In this document: positions 35,300 through 49,039 of the stretch, piece after piece
How positions within the stretch are numbered: the stretch's first letter is position 1
Layout of the letters: each line of letters begins with the position of its first letter
NCBI RefSeq assembly: GCF_006345805.1
Contig: NC_043005.1
Coordinates: 992,001 to 1,056,000 of the forward strand
Source of the DNA: Octopus sinensis
Lineage: Eukaryota
Reading direction: 5' to 3'
Length of the DNA stretch: 64,000 bases
Notes under the pieces: model-generated
The model's database searches: none
What the model saw: only the letters and a program-made list of their open reading frames with translations
Told to the model about the DNA's origin: nothing
Made by a program: the position numbers and the translations under genes

Positions 35300-37150
35300 G
35301 AAAAACTGGTGGAAGTTGTGCTTGTTGTTACAACTTGTGTTCTTTACATTTTCCTTCAGCTATTTTATTTCTTTTGACTTCACAATGTCAGTTCAGGTGT
35401 TGATAGAATGATGCCAATTGAAACATTTCTGGTGGGGTCAAATCTGCCATATCTTTGACTCAGTTCCAGTTGCTTTGATGGTAAACTTTAGCTGGTCTTT
35501 GTAACAGTGGAAAGGAGGACATCCTTGTGGTCTTTTCCCAGTAGTGAATTCACTAAAGAGGATTTGATGAGGAAATATCTTTCCCTCACTCTCACCACAT
35601 GTCCTGACCATTGTAGCCAGAGCTTTAAGATGGTGGATTCAATACTTTGATGTGTGTGATAGAAAGTAGTAGTGTTATCCTCTGCACACTGAAGCTCTAA
35701 GGGGTTGGCAAGTCACTGAAATCAAAACCTGGCTATATTCAATATTCTGCAATAAACCAAAAAACATTGCAGAAAATCATTAAACGAAGAGCACAGGTGC
35801 AAGAATGCAATCTTGCTTCAATCCGAATGCAATTAGGAACTGTTCATAAAGTTTGTTTTGATGAAAAACACAACCTGATGTACCATTGTGCAATGTTGAA
35901 ACCATCTTCATAGCATTTCTTGCATTGTCACAAGCTTTTTGACCAACTGTAGAAAATAGGGAGAAGTGTTTTCTATTTTCTCTGCCCTTTTCTTCCATGG
36001 AAAAATCATGAAATCCACATTGAACTTTGGGAAGAATTCTAAAGAAATCTATAAGGTTAGGAACTAAGCTCTAGGTGAATAACTGTTTAAAACTGGTCTT
36101 TGAAGATAGCATTTTAAGCTTTGAACTGTCGTATTTTTCTTTGATATAGTAATGACTGTTAGTTCCTTGGACTGTCTTCAACAATTTATGTTTGTGATGA
36201 TAAAACAATTGTTCTGGTACCAAGGACATTTTTCTTGTCTCATTCTCCAGAAGGTGTCAATGCTAGAAAAGTGGATGCATTCTTGTGGTTTTCATCAATT
36301 GGAACTGAGTGTTAGTGATAAAAGTGGGAGCATTTTTAAGGGAAGCCAAAGAGAAGATTCACACCAACACTACAATCCAATACTTTCTTTACTAATGCCA
36401 TCTTAAAGCTGATTATCTCCTTAGAGTAGAACTTTATTTCTTGATGATACTTTCAAAATGGTGTTAGTTGTCAGTAAAACTGGTTTTCCACACCTTTGTT
36501 AGCATCAAGAATTGGAGCATAAGCTGAAATGAGTGTAGTAGTGTTGAGGAACACAGAGAGAGTCATAAGGTATCCACTGATGTCAGTTTGAGCTAGTTGA
36601 TGGAATTAAGTGACCCTACAACAAACAAAACCAACTCCTTGAATTCTATTTTCTCTTTCCTCTTCCTCTTTCCAAAAGAAAATGTAACCAGAACTTGTCT
36701 CATCAATTTTCTTTTCTTCCTGGAAGCAATGTTTCACATAGGGTAATAATGTCAATGCTGATGATGAGAAAGTTCTTTTGAAACAAGGGCTACATGTTGT
36801 GGCCTCTCCATGTTGTTTATATTAAAAAGTATTCTTATTCAGGTTAGTAGATCAAGATTCAGTGTCCTTAGAGTTTCAACTGCCTGAAGGACAATCTGTT
36901 AAGTTTGGTTGCCCAGTCAAGAACCAAAGAAACGATTGTGATTTTTAGCCAACATTTTCTAGTCTTCCCTGTTAAGGGCATTGATATTCCAGAATAGCCC
37001 TATCCAGATACAGATGTAGAATCAGAACTTCAAAGTAACCACTAGGCCCTGAGATGGTAACTGTCACACATCTGCTACTAATGTACAGTTCTAGAGTAGA
37101 CACTTCAAGCAACAAGAAACCCATTTTCACTGTTCGTGTTCCATTACTGT
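35300..37150 (-). mobile_element. Highly degenerate RTE-BovB-like LINE
   Basis: Minus-strand remnants QCGF, EEKGREN, STLHNG..GLKQDCILAPVLF (compare GVKQGCVLAPTLF), PHQILFSEFTTGKRPQG..YKDQLK; boundaries approximate. Confidence 0.6.
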
Positions 37151-37207
37151 TAGATTTTTCAAGTAAAATAAAGAGATAAAAATAAATATAAATATAAAAT
37201 ATATAAG

Positions 37208-37380
37208 TGTAGGTATGGCTGTGCAGTAAGAAACTTGCTTCCTAACCACATGGTTCTGGGTTCAGTCTCACTGTGTGGCACCTTGGGCAAGTGATTTTTG
37301 GTATTGTCTTAACAGACCAAAACCTTGTCAGTGAATTTGGCAGATGGAAATGGAAACTGAAAGAAGCCTGTTGCTTGTGT
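37208..37380 (+). mobile_element. CORE-type tRNA-derived SINE
   Basis: GGTTCAGTCTC B-box-like motif followed by GGCACCTTGGGCAAGTG (CORE-like) and GGAAACTGAAAGAAGCC. Confidence 0.7.
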
Positions 37381-37399
37381 GTGTATGTATGTATGTATG

Positions 37400-37433
<34 letters not shown>

Positions 37434-37435
<2 letters not shown>

Positions 37436-37659
37436 CGGCGAGCTGGTAGAAACGTTAGCACGCCGGGCGAGATTCGTAGCCGTATTTCGTCTGTCGTTAC
37501 GTTCCGAGTTCAAATTCCGCCGAGGTCGACTTTGCCTTTCATCCTTTCGGGGTCGATAAATTAAGTACCAGTTACGCACTGGGGTCGATGTAGTCGACTT
37601 AATCCCTTTGTCTGTCCTTGTTTGTCCCCTCTGTGTTTAGCCCCTTGTGGGTAGTAAAG

Positions 37660-37664
<5 letters not shown>
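37434..37664 (+). mobile_element. Young, CpG-rich tRNA-derived SINE inserted in (TA)n
   Basis: A-box-like GCTGGTAGAAACG, B-box GAGTTCAAATTCC, central GTCGACTTTGCCTTTCATCCTTTCGGGGTCGATAAATTAAGTACCAG (Meta-domain-like, from memory); (TA)n on both sides. Confidence 0.88.
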
Positions 37665-37724
<60 letters not shown>

Positions 37725-38544
37725 TGCATGCATATGTCTTTGTTTGTGTTTGTCTTCCACCATCATTTGACAATCAGTGTTGGTGTGCTTATGTCTCTGT
37801 AACTTAGCAGTTCATTGAAAAAGACTGATAAAATAAGTACCAGACTTGAAAAAAAAAAAACAAAAAACAACAAAAGACTACGGTTGAGTTGTGACTGATA
37901 GCTGCAGAGTCTAATGACTGAAACAAGTAAAAGAAAGATATTGATAAAAATATGAAAGCTTTCAAGAACTGGTTAAAATGTTGAAAGAAATGTCAACTGG
38001 AAGATATTCCGATAGAAATGGATTCCTTTACAAGGTAGCTTAATTTGTCAGGGCACTGAGAGATAAGACATTAGGGTTTTAGGACCACACCTAGTAGAAG
38101 ATATGAATGAGACAAGCAGTGGAACTACAATAAATTGCTCCTGACTTGGTTGCAGCCTTGAGTAAGACCTTGTTAAGCTTAGTTCTTTTGGTGTTGCTCT
38201 CATCTGCTCGTTCAAATGAGATCAACCATTGTTATCTATAGCCACTTGCACTGGCACTGGAGTCTTGAAGGAGATCGGTCATGTTCACTTTGGGTTCTCT
38301 TCTATAATCTTATTGTTATGGGTGACCCTAAATTCTCAAGGACATTACTCTCAGTGTTCTCAGACCATGCAAACCGTTTGCTACAGCAAGGAATTACCCT
38401 CAGAGGGTAACACAATATAACAAAAACAAATATGTAAGACAAACAGTTACATTCCATAGTCCAAGAGTAGTCTTAACACTGCTGTAAGATGATCACTATC
38501 AGACATAAGTGGCATGGAGATATTATAAAAATAACACTGAACAG

Positions 38545-38546
<2 letters not shown>

Positions 38547-38591
<45 letters not shown>
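38547..38591. repeat. (GT)n microsatellite
   Basis: Direct reading. Confidence 0.95.
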
Positions 38592-38594
<3 letters not shown>

Positions 38595-38641
38595 ATGGAC
38601 TGACTGGAGCATGTAAAAAAACTAATAGAAAAGGAATTTAC

Positions 38642-38711
38642 CATTAGGTCTAATAATAAGAGCTAATTCTCCTGAATGTGTCTCCCGAGACGCTTTGATA
38701 AACATCACAAC
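38642..38711 (-). CDS. PTPN4: PTPN4-like exon (PDZ end): VVMFIKASRETHSGELALIIRPN
   Basis: ttatcag / gtaaat; 70 nt, phase 0-1. Confidence 0.95.
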
Positions 38712-39561
38712 CTGATAAAGAAAGGAAATGAATCACATTAATACATTTATGGTTAAATCTTTTTATTGTTAATTAAATTGATCTTTAGCAAAACTGTAAT
38801 TAATTGAACATCTCACAGTGACCCACTAATTTCATGCAACATATATCCTGTGATGGTGAAAAGTAGCAATGAGGTTGCAACATCGCTGTTTTGGGCATGT
38901 GGTGGATGAAGATAAACTTACACATTAAAATAACTGTAGCATCCAATCACTTTTTGGGTCGAGATAATGTGCTCAGTTGTCCAGAGCAGATCCAGAGGCA
39001 TCTAATCTACTAGGCCATGATCTATTATTCCACTTTGTTTACATATTTTACAATTACAACTTAATTTAAAACAATTCAAAGTGGACTTGAGTGAAACTAA
39101 AACTTGTCTAGTAACATACCCTGCAACATACCCCAACACTGTCAAGTTAATAGTATAGCTTGCTTCTAAGTCAGATTGAAGACTGACTTTATCAGTGAAT
39201 AGAATGTAATTTGCAACCTGACAGCTTCATAGAACTTGGTAATTCTAACAAGACTATTTAGATTTATTTGATAACATATAACAAAAATAAACTGATTTCC
39301 ATCTCAGCAAACCAATTCAAGTTTTATCAGCATAAACCTTAATACATATTCTAGTGAATTAGGCCAGTCCTAAAAAAATAAGTCACTGACATTATACAGT
39401 TAATCTGTTAAGGGAATGAAATTACTAAAATTCTCAAGAGATCTGCTGTGATAAAACTACAAATCTGCATTAAAAGAGACCAAACCAGATCAGTGTAGAG
39501 CCGCACTGATCTCAAAATGGTATAAAAAGAATAAAAAAATATACAGTTATAAGGCACCTAC

Positions 39562-39705
39562 CTGTTCATGAGTGTGTTGAGAAACATCACGGCCATTTAT
39601 AAATAACACTTGGTCGCCCTCGTTTAGCCGAGGTATACATAAATCTGCTGGGGTATTGGGTGCCACCCGAGAAACTATGATGGGCATACACTGGTCAGAT
39701 CCACC
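39562..39705 (-). CDS. PTPN4: PTPN4-like exon (PDZ): [48 protein letters not shown]
   Basis: tttttag / gtaggt; 144 nt in frame; PDZ core typical of PTPN3/4. Confidence 0.96.
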
Positions 39706-40046
39706 CTAAAAACAAGAAGGAAAAGAAAACATAGTAATTGTAAAATTGGGATTTTTCAACTGTTTCAAAAAATCCCCCAAAAGCTAAGTATGTAAAGAAT
39801 TGGGTAGTAGTAGTAGTAGTAGGTCAAGCTTAACAAACACCAACAATCAGAAAGATATCATTTTATTTTTATTTTTTGACAATGGGAAAATGGAAGGCAA
39901 ATTCATTAGCCAAAACTACTGAAATATTCTGCTGATTTAGCCACAGACAATGTAAATAGTTTCTTATTTGGGCACAAGATCACAAGAGACTGAACAACTT
40001 TCTTAAATTGATCCAAGTAATAGTTTATCAGCGTTAGAGAATTGTA

Positions 40047-40879
40047 CGAGGTGGTATCAACTACTTCCTGGACTAGTTCTGTAGCATGCCAACAAATGGC
40101 AGCACATGGTTGCATGTGCACAACGAGAGTTAGCAGTGACCTTCATGGGGCACTCTGCTGAGTGACATCACTGTGTTTACTTTGAAAGTTGTGAAATTTG
40201 CATTTTTGTGATCGCATGTGTGTATGCTGTAGTCTGTGATTTTGTTGGAGCAAAGAGCCAACGCAGCAGTCATCACAATGGAAGAGCCCTTCATCTCCAC
40301 AAGTGAAGAAGGCATGACAGAGCCACAGCTCAATCAAGAGCATGCTCAATGGTTTTTTCAACATCCGTGATATTGTGCTTAGAGAATTCCTCCCCAGGGC
40401 CAGACCATCAATTGAGAGTTCTACTGTGATGTTTTGAGGCATTTGAGAAGCGTTTGAGGGAGGACATTTGGTGAAAGCAACCAGATCTGTGCAGTGTGAA
40501 AAATTAGATTCTTTACAACAAAAATGCACCCTGTCATCAAGCTCTCCTCATTTGTGGATTCCTTGCCAAAAACACCATGGCATCACTTCTACACCTGCCC
40601 TATTCACCTATGGAATTCTGTCTCTTCCCTAAAATATGACAGCAGCTCTAAGGCTGCTGCTTTAGCACCATTGTCAAGATTCAGAGTGAATCACAGAAGG
40701 ACCCTTGACTTACTTATGGAAAATAGCTTCCAGGCCAGATTAAAAAAATGGCAAGAATGCTGGGACCAGAGTATTGCTGCACAACATGGCTATGTTGAAG
40801 GAGATGATGCTAAAACTTAGGTAAGTAAGTTATTTTTTATCAAACACAACTAGTCTGCAAACTTTTTGATACCATCTTA
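40047..40879 (+). mobile_element. Internally deleted mariner element
   Basis: TA-flanked TIRs (CGAGGTGGTATCAACTACTTCCTGGACT / AGTCTGCAAACTTTTTGATACCATCTTA); remnants SSQWKSPSSP, IKSML..FFNIRDIV, GQTIN.EFYCDVLR, NAPCH, PYSP, YVEGD. Confidence 0.88.
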
Positions 40880-41912
40880 TAAAACAACAAAGATGAACTG
40901 AGAAAATAAAGTGACACAATATCAAACAATATCAAATATTTGTTTGGTACACTACTCATTCAGCCATTCACTCTCTAACTGTAAAAATGATAATTATAAT
41001 AATTTCCATTTTTTTTTCTTGTGAGTTTTTTGTTGAATAAAAAAATTCTATTCAGTCATGTAGCTCAATTTTCCAAATTGGATCTTGGAACTAAGGTTAC
41101 AAATTGACACTTTATTTAATATCAAGGGGATGTCTATCAAGGACCATCTCAGTTCACACAGCATCAGGCTATGCTATAAGATGTGTAGCATAAATAGCTG
41201 ATATATAGAGAGGCCTAATTTAGCTGAATAGACAGGGGGGGGGGGGAGAGAGAGACTGATTCTTCATTCAAATTTCACGGGTTAAAAACAAAATTGTGCT
41301 CTGAATGTTTATAAATGTTTGCAACTAATATTAATGCTGACTTTGAAAAATGTTCATTTTTAACCATCTTGCTTGATTTTTGTGAGACAGAAATACTGTA
41401 CATCCGGTAAAACCAGAGCTGTGATGAAATTATGTTCTGCAGAAAGCCATGGCATTGTTCCTTCCAGATTATGAAATGACATGGAAGGCCGTTGTCTGAA
41501 TTCCAGAATGGAAACAACAAGATTTTCTAAGGTTATGGAATTGATTTTATTCAATGAATCATATATGCGGATACCAAATTAAGTTTTTTCTCATATTTGC
41601 TTTTATGGGGGCAAGAAAAGTCTTTATCTAATTAACAATTAAATGATGTGACTTCTAAGTGAAGAAAATGCTAAAATAATGCTAATTACTTTTGTTTCAC
41701 TTGTGATTCTTACACTTTGCAGAAACAATGAAGCAACAGAACTGATTTAGTGAAAAAGTTATATTTTCTGGACTTTAAACTGAGAATTGGAGACCAGGAT
41801 AAGGATTGGGCACCTTGTGAGGATGGGCAACTGGAAAAAGGAAGAAACTAGAATTTGGAATACAAATGATTCGGAAAGAATCTAACCATCTGATACAAAC
41901 TTTTTCTGTTTA

Positions 41913-42724
41913 CCGTAAAAACCCATGTAATTTCCACATTTCTTTTTCACAAAAATAAAAATGAACTTTAGGGGAGTAGGTCATTTCCAGATTTTTTTTT
42001 AGAAATGTACAAAACTGAACTATTCGTACCCGAAGTTGACTCATTTAATGTCAGAATAGACTTTTATAGAAAAAATAACGGCTTAAATATAATGAAGTTG
42101 ACTTCTGTTTATAATGGATGGTATAATGCTTACTTTTTTTGTATAAATTTACTAAAAAACCATTAAATGGTTAACTACTTTTTGAAGTCTGACATCATGC
42201 TGGTAATCACAGTGTGAGCCATATTTTACATATTTTACTCAGTGGAGTAAAGTGTCATCCAAGCTGATGTTTATTGGTAATTAAACTTATTTTGCAACAC
42301 CTGTGCATATTTATCAGCTTTGTTTTTGTTGATAAGAATTATCAACAATTTTTTCTGTGATTATGATTTGAGAAGACATACACCAGTATGCTAATGATCA
42401 GACATAATCTCTTGTGGGCAAGAAATGTAAAATAACGTTTATCATATACAATACAAACACTTTGTAATTTAATAAGTTTTAATGTGATACCTGTTGAACA
42501 GAAATTATTTTTATTTAATGAAAATTTAATAAGATCTAATCATAAGTAAATGAAATTATGCTAAATACAGCTAAACTGAAAATATCTTGCCCCTGGCTAT
42601 ATTGGCAATTCTGAAAACATTTGGGTGTGAATTTTACATGAGTAGAAACCTTTTTTAATGATTTTTATTCTGAAAATTACCTGTGTAAATTACACAGGTG
42701 TGCAAATTACATGGGTTTTTATGG
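41913..42724. mobile_element. Tc2/pogo-like MITE, short copy (812 bp)
   Basis: TA|CCGTAAAAACCCATGTAATTT ... AAATTACATGGGTTTTTATGG|TA; deletion derivative of 6377-7938. Confidence 0.88.
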
Positions 42725-42839
42725 TAGCTAATACTAAAAGATTTTAATACTTAAAACAAAGTGAAAATTTGGCATCAGCAATCTGACCAGAATCTGCCAG
42801 TGATGAGATTCCTGTGCTCATTTACAAAGTGAGTATTGA

Positions 42840-43850
42840 CCGAGATAGGGAAAATATATACAGGAACCAGATGACAACTTGCTGGACGGATGATGACTGA
42901 AGTTATGTTGAAGAATCAATTCCAGAGAAATTCTCAGAAAATGAATGACTTGGTTCGTTATTCAGACCTGTCCTCAGAGTTGCTAGCCTCAAGACTCGCT
43001 GAAAAAAACACTTGTTGCATCTAAATGTTACAATATCATTTTACTGCAAAAGACACAAAGCATTTTTATAGTATTTTAGTGAATAAGATTTTTGTGTATG
43101 GTAATATTATTGAACCTGCCTTAAATGAAATGGTTGTGAAAAACTAATCTCCTGATGGCTAGAGACTTTTAAGTGATAGTTCAAAGTGAAGTTTGAAGTA
43201 TGTTCTTCTCCACGATGGGAATGAATTTGGTTCAATTCTGATGGCTCACTCAGTGAAGGCAAAATAGAAAGTGTGAAACACGTTTTGAATGTGATAGCCT
43301 ACAACCATCATGACTGGATCATATGCATAGATCTGAAGATGTTTTGATTTCTCCTTGGGCAATAGAGCAGGTGTATGAATACCCATGCTTTCTTTGCTTG
43401 TGGGACATTAGAGTAAATTCTGAACTTTGATAGAGAAAGGATTGGCCAACAAGAGCTCAAATGAATGTTGAAAACACAAAACAAAATGAACATTATAAAT
43501 TAGCCATTAATTGACAAAAACAGAATTAATTTCCCTCCCCTTCATATGGGTTTAATGAAACAATTTGTGAAAGGAAGGGGACTGCATTGATTATATTTAT
43601 AGAGTTTTTCCAGGGTTTAATGAAGAAAAATTGAAGGTTGCTATTTTCAATGGATCACAAATGAGAAAGCTTCTCGGGGAACCAGAATTTGTGCTTTCCA
43701 TGAACGAAGCTCAAGTAACTGCTTGGAATATACTTGCAGAGGTTATGACCAAATTCTTTAGAAATGTAAAGCACAGCAGCTCGACACTGAAATGGTAAAC
43801 CATTTAATTCACAATTTCTATGCCCTTTGCTGTAACATGTTCAAGAAATT
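42840..43850 (+). mobile_element. Degenerate DNA-transposase fragments, probably Chapaev3/CMC-like
   Basis: Remnants NDLVR..SELLASRL and EEKLKVAIFNGSQMRKL..AW..V..FF.N.K..CCNM; family assignment from memory of these motifs. Confidence 0.45.
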
Positions 43851-43922
43851 TTGGCAAGAACTCCAAAGCTGCATAGAATCAAATGACTTCACTCTAAACT
43901 CTTCATCTAGTACAAGGGTCTC

Positions 43923-44088
43923 CAAAGCGGTCGATATCGACCCCTGGGGGTTGATGGGACTATTCAAGGGGTTAATAGATGCACATCTACTTAATTATAT
44001 TTATTTTCTTGTACATGCCTTGGGGGGTTGATGAGAGGTCAAAGGTTCCATGAAAGGGTCAATGGTCTAAAAAGTTTGGGGACCCCTG
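43923..44088. mobile_element. hAT-type MITE (166 bp)
   Basis: TIRs CAAGGGTCTCCAAA / TTTGGGGACCCCTG; near-8-bp TSD ATCTAGTA / ATCTAATG. Confidence 0.7.
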
Positions 44089-44773
44089 ATCTAATGAGAC
44101 ATGGCCATTGCTTATTCTATACAACACTTATTCATGACACTTTCCTCCAGTGGTACTGACAATACAGATCTGGGCCCCATTCATTGACTCTGAGTAAAGT
44201 AGGATGAGAGAATTATGGCTATAAGTTAATCAGCAATTGGTGTATTTATTCAATTCATTACAGTGTAAGCAATTATCAAAAGTAATGAGTATTATTTCTC
44301 TCTGTTGTCATAAAACCAAAGCAAAAATGGAGAAAGTCATTATTGAAGTAGAATGGCTACACGTAATTAAACTACATGTAATTAGACTAGTTCAACATAA
44401 TTAATCTATGTCTCTTGTATAAAGCAAAATAATTCAAAAGAGTTCTTATTTTCCATATCTAATTTTCGTATGTTATAAACATGGTCCATGTATCATATAA
44501 TTTGGAAAATACTGGATCAGTGTTGAATAAATAAATTAAACAATAACTGTGGGTTGGGTTTTCTACCAGAAATTTATATTTGAAGGAAGCTTTTTATTTT
44601 TTTTTCAGACCATGTGAAATTTTTCCCGTAAAAAAACAAAAAACAAAATAAAAACAGAGGTGAATCCAGCATGATTGGAAGTTAGAGATGAAACAAGCTG
44701 CTGCTGACAATATAGTACGATTCTCTACCCTGCTAAGATGCTTAGGATTAGCATGAAACACAATACTACATAC

Positions 44774-44863
44774 CTTCACATTAAACCCAAATTTCCCTTG
44801 TTCATCCGGTTTCATTTTGATGGTAACTAATCCTTGACTGTCAGTATAACCATTGCCATTTGA
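44774..44863 (-). CDS. PTPN4: PTPN3/PTPN4-like phosphatase exon (start of PDZ): SNGNGYTDSQGLVTIKMKPDEQGKFGFNVK
   Basis: ttttag acceptor and gtatgt donor; 90 nt, phase 0-0; MKPDEQGKFGFNVK resembles the PTPN4 PDZ start as I recall it (MKPDENGRFGFNVK). Confidence 0.93.
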
Positions 44864-45974
44864 CTAAAAGAGAGAAAAAAAAAGCATATATGAAACTTAA
44901 AAATACATTAAAAAAATTCATCAGAAGAAATTACAATTATCAAATACCAGTTACACAATAGTATTAATTACAACTATGTAAAATAATGAAGTTTATTCAA
45001 GCTATTGTGACTTTGCCATCTTTAATGATGTTATTGAAAGTCATTTATCCCTTTTTTTAGTCAAAGAAAAAAAATCTTCTTCTGGAGGAAGGTGAGATAC
45101 ACTGAAAGAAATATTAAGAATTAAAATAATTGATCTTTTCTAGTGTGTATTAGATAGCCCAATGTGATGGCGAGTTTTTTGTTAAACAACCCTTTCGTAA
45201 TCAATTCCCTGCTATCAACATTTCATCGTCCCTTATAAGTCTCAGATCTCTTGATTTGGTAGGTAATTATTCATTTATTCATTAATAATGACTAACACTA
45301 TCAACATTGTTGGATTGAAGAGTTGACAGACAAAATATTCTGTTGGAATAACACATTGCCTGAATATCTGACAGTCCCTGGATCCTGTACACACGTGAAA
45401 GGAGATATGTAGCATTTAGGGTCTTACATCTTCAGAATTTACAAACTTATGGTCAGTTCACATCTATTCATTAACAAAACTTAATTATTCACAAAACTAG
45501 AAAACATCAGTTTGTCAAGAAATAACAGGTGTCATGTTATTTAGTTTCATACTAAGTTTGTTTAAACCTTGCTGACAGGTGGAGAGGCACCTGCAATACT
45601 TGCTTCTCTCTATGAAGCATTATGATTAGCAACAAGTCTTAAAAGTTTAGAAATAACAAGAAATTCAATTTTTATTTTTCAGAGTGTGTATGGTTACATA
45701 AATAACTGTTATTATACATACATAGACAATAATTACTATGGAGATCTTGTTTGACATGAATAGCCATGTGTTTAGGCCACCCAATCTTTTATACTTTTTG
45801 ATTTTTAATTAATTTTTATATGAGTAAAGTAGTGGATGTTAAACGAGGATGATGAAATTAAAAATATTAATTATTAATTTATAGATATGTAATTTTATAT
45901 TCTGTGTCTGCATAAATTAATGTACTGGTGAAAACTGTGTGTGTTTGTGAGTGTATATGCATATCAAGTAATCA

Positions 45975-46005
<31 letters not shown>

Positions 46006-47653
46006 CTACATATACAAAGTAGCTGAGTGGTAGAGCCACTAAAACTTCAGATAGATTTCTTTGTAATAATTGTTCTAGATCCGTTTACTCTGAGTCGAAA
46101 TTAAACCAACTTTGCTTTTCATCCATTCATGGTTGATAAATAAGTACCAGTTCTGTACTGGGGCCAATTCTTCTCTTTTTCTAACTCTCCCTTTCTGAAA
46201 GAAATTGACTGTATTTAGACCTGGAGATAAATGGTTTTTGCCAGACTGAAAATGTCTGAGACATACCTGAGACGCTAACCATCTCCAACCACTCCAACAG
46301 ATGGTTAAGGGATACAGCAATACATATACTATCTATTTTTGTATACCTATAGCTACATATCTATATATACATGTATGTGTGTAAAAATATATACAAAAGT
46401 ACATATATGAATTTTTCATAAAGCAAAACAGTTATTTACAGTAAAAAATAATTGGTTCAAAGAAAAATGTATTTTTATAGTATAAAAAACAAAACAAAAA
46501 ACTGAACAACGATGAATTCTAGGGTGGGTCTACATGGATACCTTTCCTGTGACAGCTTCTCAGTAATGAAAACAGTAAAACAAAATTCATAATCACCAAA
46601 TGAAAAAGTTTTTAAACATTTAGCAGCAACAATAACAACAATAATGTGATTTAAAGAGACCAACAATAGATAAATAAATAGACATAGACAATACTTCACT
46701 CTCCTCTGCTAACAACGTTACCCTGGTGTCTTTCTAAACTAGACTATATACAAACAGCATTATTGTTCATGTGAAAAGAGAATCAAAAGAGAATTTTAAA
46801 AACTCATAAAATCATGAATACTAACAAAATGATTCCTGAAAATATTCGTATCATCATAGGGAAAAAAGAATCTCATTACAGATTGTAGGTATATAACGGT
46901 TACGTCGCTATGAAGAAGGCAGAACAATTGTAAAGTAGAGTGGAGTGATTTTGCTTTTATGGGGATTAACCAGAAACTCAGCTGAAAAGAAGCACTCCTA
47001 GTCCCACATAATAAGTTTTCTAAACTGTCAACTGCTGATATAATTCAATGCATTCATACACAATTTGAAACTTCTAAATATAGAAGAATGCCCAACAGCT
47101 ATTTCACAACATTTTCATAATGAATCAACAACCTTCCTGGGGAAGGTAAAAATGAGGGTGGCAAAGGGACGAGGGGGGGACTTGACTATTTAATTGAAAG
47201 AAGTAAGTAACAGGAAAAAACATTACTAGACTGCTAAAGCCTGTAACTTACAGCAGTAAAGAAAATTAATCATTTCACATCACTGCATGAGAGAGTGTGT
47301 GTGTGTGTGTACGTACAGAAAGATGTGCAAAAAAACGTAGTTTGTTGAGGGAGCATTATGAAATTAGAGTATGAAAATAGCTAGAACACCGACTGAAAGC
47401 TTCTTTGATGAGCTGCATTTATAGGTTTACCAAAGTAAAACTGATGAAGAAAGGAAATAAAAAGACAGGTCCATTATTAACCATCAATTATTTCTTTCAA
47501 CTGATTTTCAATGATGATCAGGAGTACTGGGGGGAAACCTATCGAATCCTCAATTATTACAGTTTACTCATGTGTTACAAATTTTGAGCTTCAATATTTT
47601 ATTTCCTAATTTTTAAATCACAAAAGCTTTTATGCCACTTGGAGTCATTCTAC

Positions 47654-47689
<36 letters not shown>

Positions 47690-48727
47690 GGGTGGTAAGA
47701 AAAGGAGTGAGTGTTAACTTGTTTCAATTCTGGTTGTTACTGCTCCTTCAATTTGAAATTTAACAACTAATACCAACAGCAATGACAGTGTTTCATGAGT
47801 GGTTGGACAAAGCTAGGTGGAGGTGGTGAGTCTACTTCTAGTATAATGGATGTCATCAGAAGAAGAAAAACTCAACAAATACAACATTGATTGACATCTG
47901 ATCTGAAGAAATGAGAAGATATGATATCAAAGACAAGAAAATATAGAGAGAGACGCAAAAGATGAAATAAATAAAAAGAAGAAAGGAATAAAAAGAAATA
48001 AAAACGCAAATGTAGAAGGAGAAAGTAGGGATCAATTAAGGTCTTTCATTCTGTTTACCATTAAAAGAAAAAAAAACAACAAAAAAAAAACCAAGCTTTT
48101 TTTTCTGTAGATTAATTTTAATAAATTGGCTACAGACATAGACTGGGTGGTACCAAACTCCAAAGCAATGCACCATTCCTGCTAACTTTCGATTTAACAT
48201 TTATTTTTCCCAGACGAACTGTCTTCTATCATAATTAGTGGAACAATATTGAAAATATACTTATATCAATTAATAGTTGCGAGGTGCAGCTGGCAACAAA
48301 GAAAGAAGCTGCTGGAATAATTTAGGAAATTTGAAACAGAATAATTTACTTCAAATCTTAACCAGCTCAGCTCTTTCTTTCTCCGTGATTAGTAAAACAT
48401 CTACAAGTGAGGTTGGGCCTCATGTTTCTGGTTATTGATTTGACAGGGTGACTCATGTACAACCTTAGAGTCTTGAGCTAAAATAAGAGAGTCCACAAGA
48501 GCAGGAGAGACAAAGAGAGAGGTATAAACAGCAAGAGTTTTTAAATATTTATTTAGAGAGTATTCCATGAATATTATTTCATCTGTGAAACTAAAGAAGA
48601 GAGCAAATATAATTTAGTAAGTGGGATTTGGTGAAGATGTAACATGACAAAGGATGAGTATCTGCAAATGTAACAGGAATTGAAAGCAGAATATATTTAT
48701 ACAGATGATAGCTGAATGTGAATGCAA

Positions 48728-48768
<41 letters not shown>

Positions 48769-49039
48769 AATGAAGAACAAACACAAAAACAAAACAACGC
48801 AAGGTTATGGTACATGTAAAATATTAGCAGACACTCAGGAAAGAAAGATGGTTTAACATTTTGAGCAAAGCTCTTCTTCAGAAACAGAGGAAAGTCCAAT
48901 ACAAATGGAAGATGGAGGAAAAAATCACCAATGATTCACATGTGGTTACATTTTGAAAAATGTACATATATATATAGCTAAACCGTCCAACCCATGCTAG
49001 CATGGAAAACGGACGCTAAATGATGATGATGATGATGAT

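Noticed and set aside
37434-37520. tRNA gene
   Set aside because: A/B-box-like head continues into a SINE body present in many decayed copies; no complete cloverleaf (same for 49250-49330 and 51400-51477)
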